A DNA stretch of 64,000 nt from Tubulanus polymorphus (taxonomy: Eukaryota; Animalia; Nemertea), in the NCBI RefSeq assembly GCF_964204645.1, contig NC_134031.1:9548001-9612000 (forward strand). The letters are read 5' to 3'. The notes beneath the pieces are model-generated. The model was given only the letters and a program-made list of their open reading frames with translations, ran no database searches and was not told the DNA's origin. A program made the position numbers and the translations under genes. The stretch's first letter is position 1, and every line of letters begins with the position of its first letter. Shown here piece after piece: positions 62,551 through 64,000 of the stretch.

Positions 62551-64000
62551 AAATATACGTTGAATGAAAAATAAGTTGAATCTCAAGCGCTTAGAAAACC
62601 GGTAACTCTCGATGTATGTCAAACTGCCTATGCAATTATACTAGCATCCGTCGCATGTTATTTCAGTTGAATGGGGAGTACCTCATTTGAATATTGATCG
62701 AACGCGCTCTTTCAGTTGAAAAGAAATATTCAATTTCATCATAAAAGAACAGCCGTTAACATCGCGGCAGACAGTGTTTGGCTAGTGAATAACTGGCAGT
62801 TATAAGCGTGCAGTGCATAAGCATAGGAACGCATAGGATATTCTCTCTCGAAACACAATTAGGAGTTTACAGTTATAAATGTAAGTACTGTTTTTGTTGT
62901 TATTAAGACGCCGGGAAACGTTAAACATGTTTAAGTGTATTAATCTATATTTGACAACTACAACTTCAAGTTTACAACTTCAGTTTTATTCTACGCTAGA
63001 TATTTATCTTTTAGATAACAAAATGCTACGCGTTACAAGAAGACCATTGCTATTTGAGTCATGAAAGTGAATATGGAAGGATGTGAAATCAGAAATTACG
63101 GATATTTCAAATCATGAGACTGTAGCAGTTTAGCCATACTTTATAGACTTTCAATGCATTACGTTTGCTGGAATTTCAATTGCGTCATTCAGCTGTTGTT
63201 AATGGTTACAGTGACAGATGTTGTATTATACTTTATTGATTCCTGCATTCCACACATACCTTACCGCTCCTCTCAGGACCGGCTTGGAATGTGGAAATCG
63301 ATACTGACTGTAGAATAAAATACATATGTTTATGAATAGTAATTCCACCAGGCGTTTCGTTGAATTGATTTTCAGTTTGAGGATTTATTATCGAGGATCC
63401 GAAATGACTTATCTGGACAGTTATAGTTACCGCTCCTATAGATAGACAATAGTAGTGAGATATTGAATCCTAATTTAAATAAAAAGTGAAATAACAATGA
63501 CTTCAACTATATAGTGAATTCTATTATGAGGAGAGAATCCCACAATGATAATAAAAAGTCCGAAAATGAAACTTCGAGATAGTAGTTTATTTCAACGTTT
63601 CTCCGTGACATTCTCTCTGAATCAGACATCGTTAGCGATAACATAGGCCTACCGAACCGAACCGTAAAAGCGTTCTATTTTTATATCGCTACGATGTACG
63701 ATCAGATTGTGTGTGTAAAAAATCAATAATCTAACGTGAAAACTATTAGCGTGCGCGTATCACCGCGCCTACCTGTCTGTCTATTGTATTAAGCTTCCCG
63801 CGCCGTAGTTTTGTTTTGAATGCTGGGGTGCTATTAGCAGTTTGTTCGTCATGGATCGTAAGATCATAGACAGGTGCTCTTCTGTAGACCCATCAGGGGG
63901 GGGGGGGGTTGATAAAGGATTAAAAAATCCGTGGAAATGGAATTGGTTAGAGACTGTTATCGACGATGTTCCCCTCGCTGAATGTATAAGAAAAATCAGC

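Larger units (their letters stand above)
56115..63525 (+). mobile_element. Polinton D left part (hairpin, SSB-like, PolB, HNH, non-coding block)
   Basis: Homology to A and B throughout; right limit approximate. Confidence 0.9.

Overview
AT-rich eukaryotic DNA made up almost entirely of nested mobile elements; no host gene is recognisable. A marine invertebrate host is inferred from the bivalve-type Helentron/HINE and Penelope repeats. The window is dominated by a cluster of Polinton/Maverick-type endogenous DNA viruses. One complete but degenerate 18.1-kb copy (element B, 24198-42331, TSD TATAGT) encodes PolB, an SSB-like protein, penton, membrane/coiled-coil proteins, major capsid, packaging ATPase, chromo-integrase and an HNH nuclease. 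It is inserted inside a gene of a second copy (A), and there are at least four further partial copies. Main observations: (1) every intact terminus is a 120-400 bp self-complementary hairpin, with stems that differ between copies but still pair, a shared loop motif and a conserved mismatch; (2) a ~8.5-kb element (2404-10950) uses the same termini but carries an intact 758-aa protein with Rep_trans-like nicking-initiator motifs instead of PolB, capsid or integrase, making it a candidate Polinton satellite; (3) core genes have two classes of poxvirus-like TAAATG promoters, while one accessory gene has a conserved spliceosomal intron and, in B, upstream heat-shock/AP-1 elements. The rest comprises Helentron-type elements, MITE/foldback elements, LINE and Gypsy fragments, and a Penelope fragment with a hammerhead ribozyme. 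Family assignments rest on motif recognition by eye; no database searches were run.
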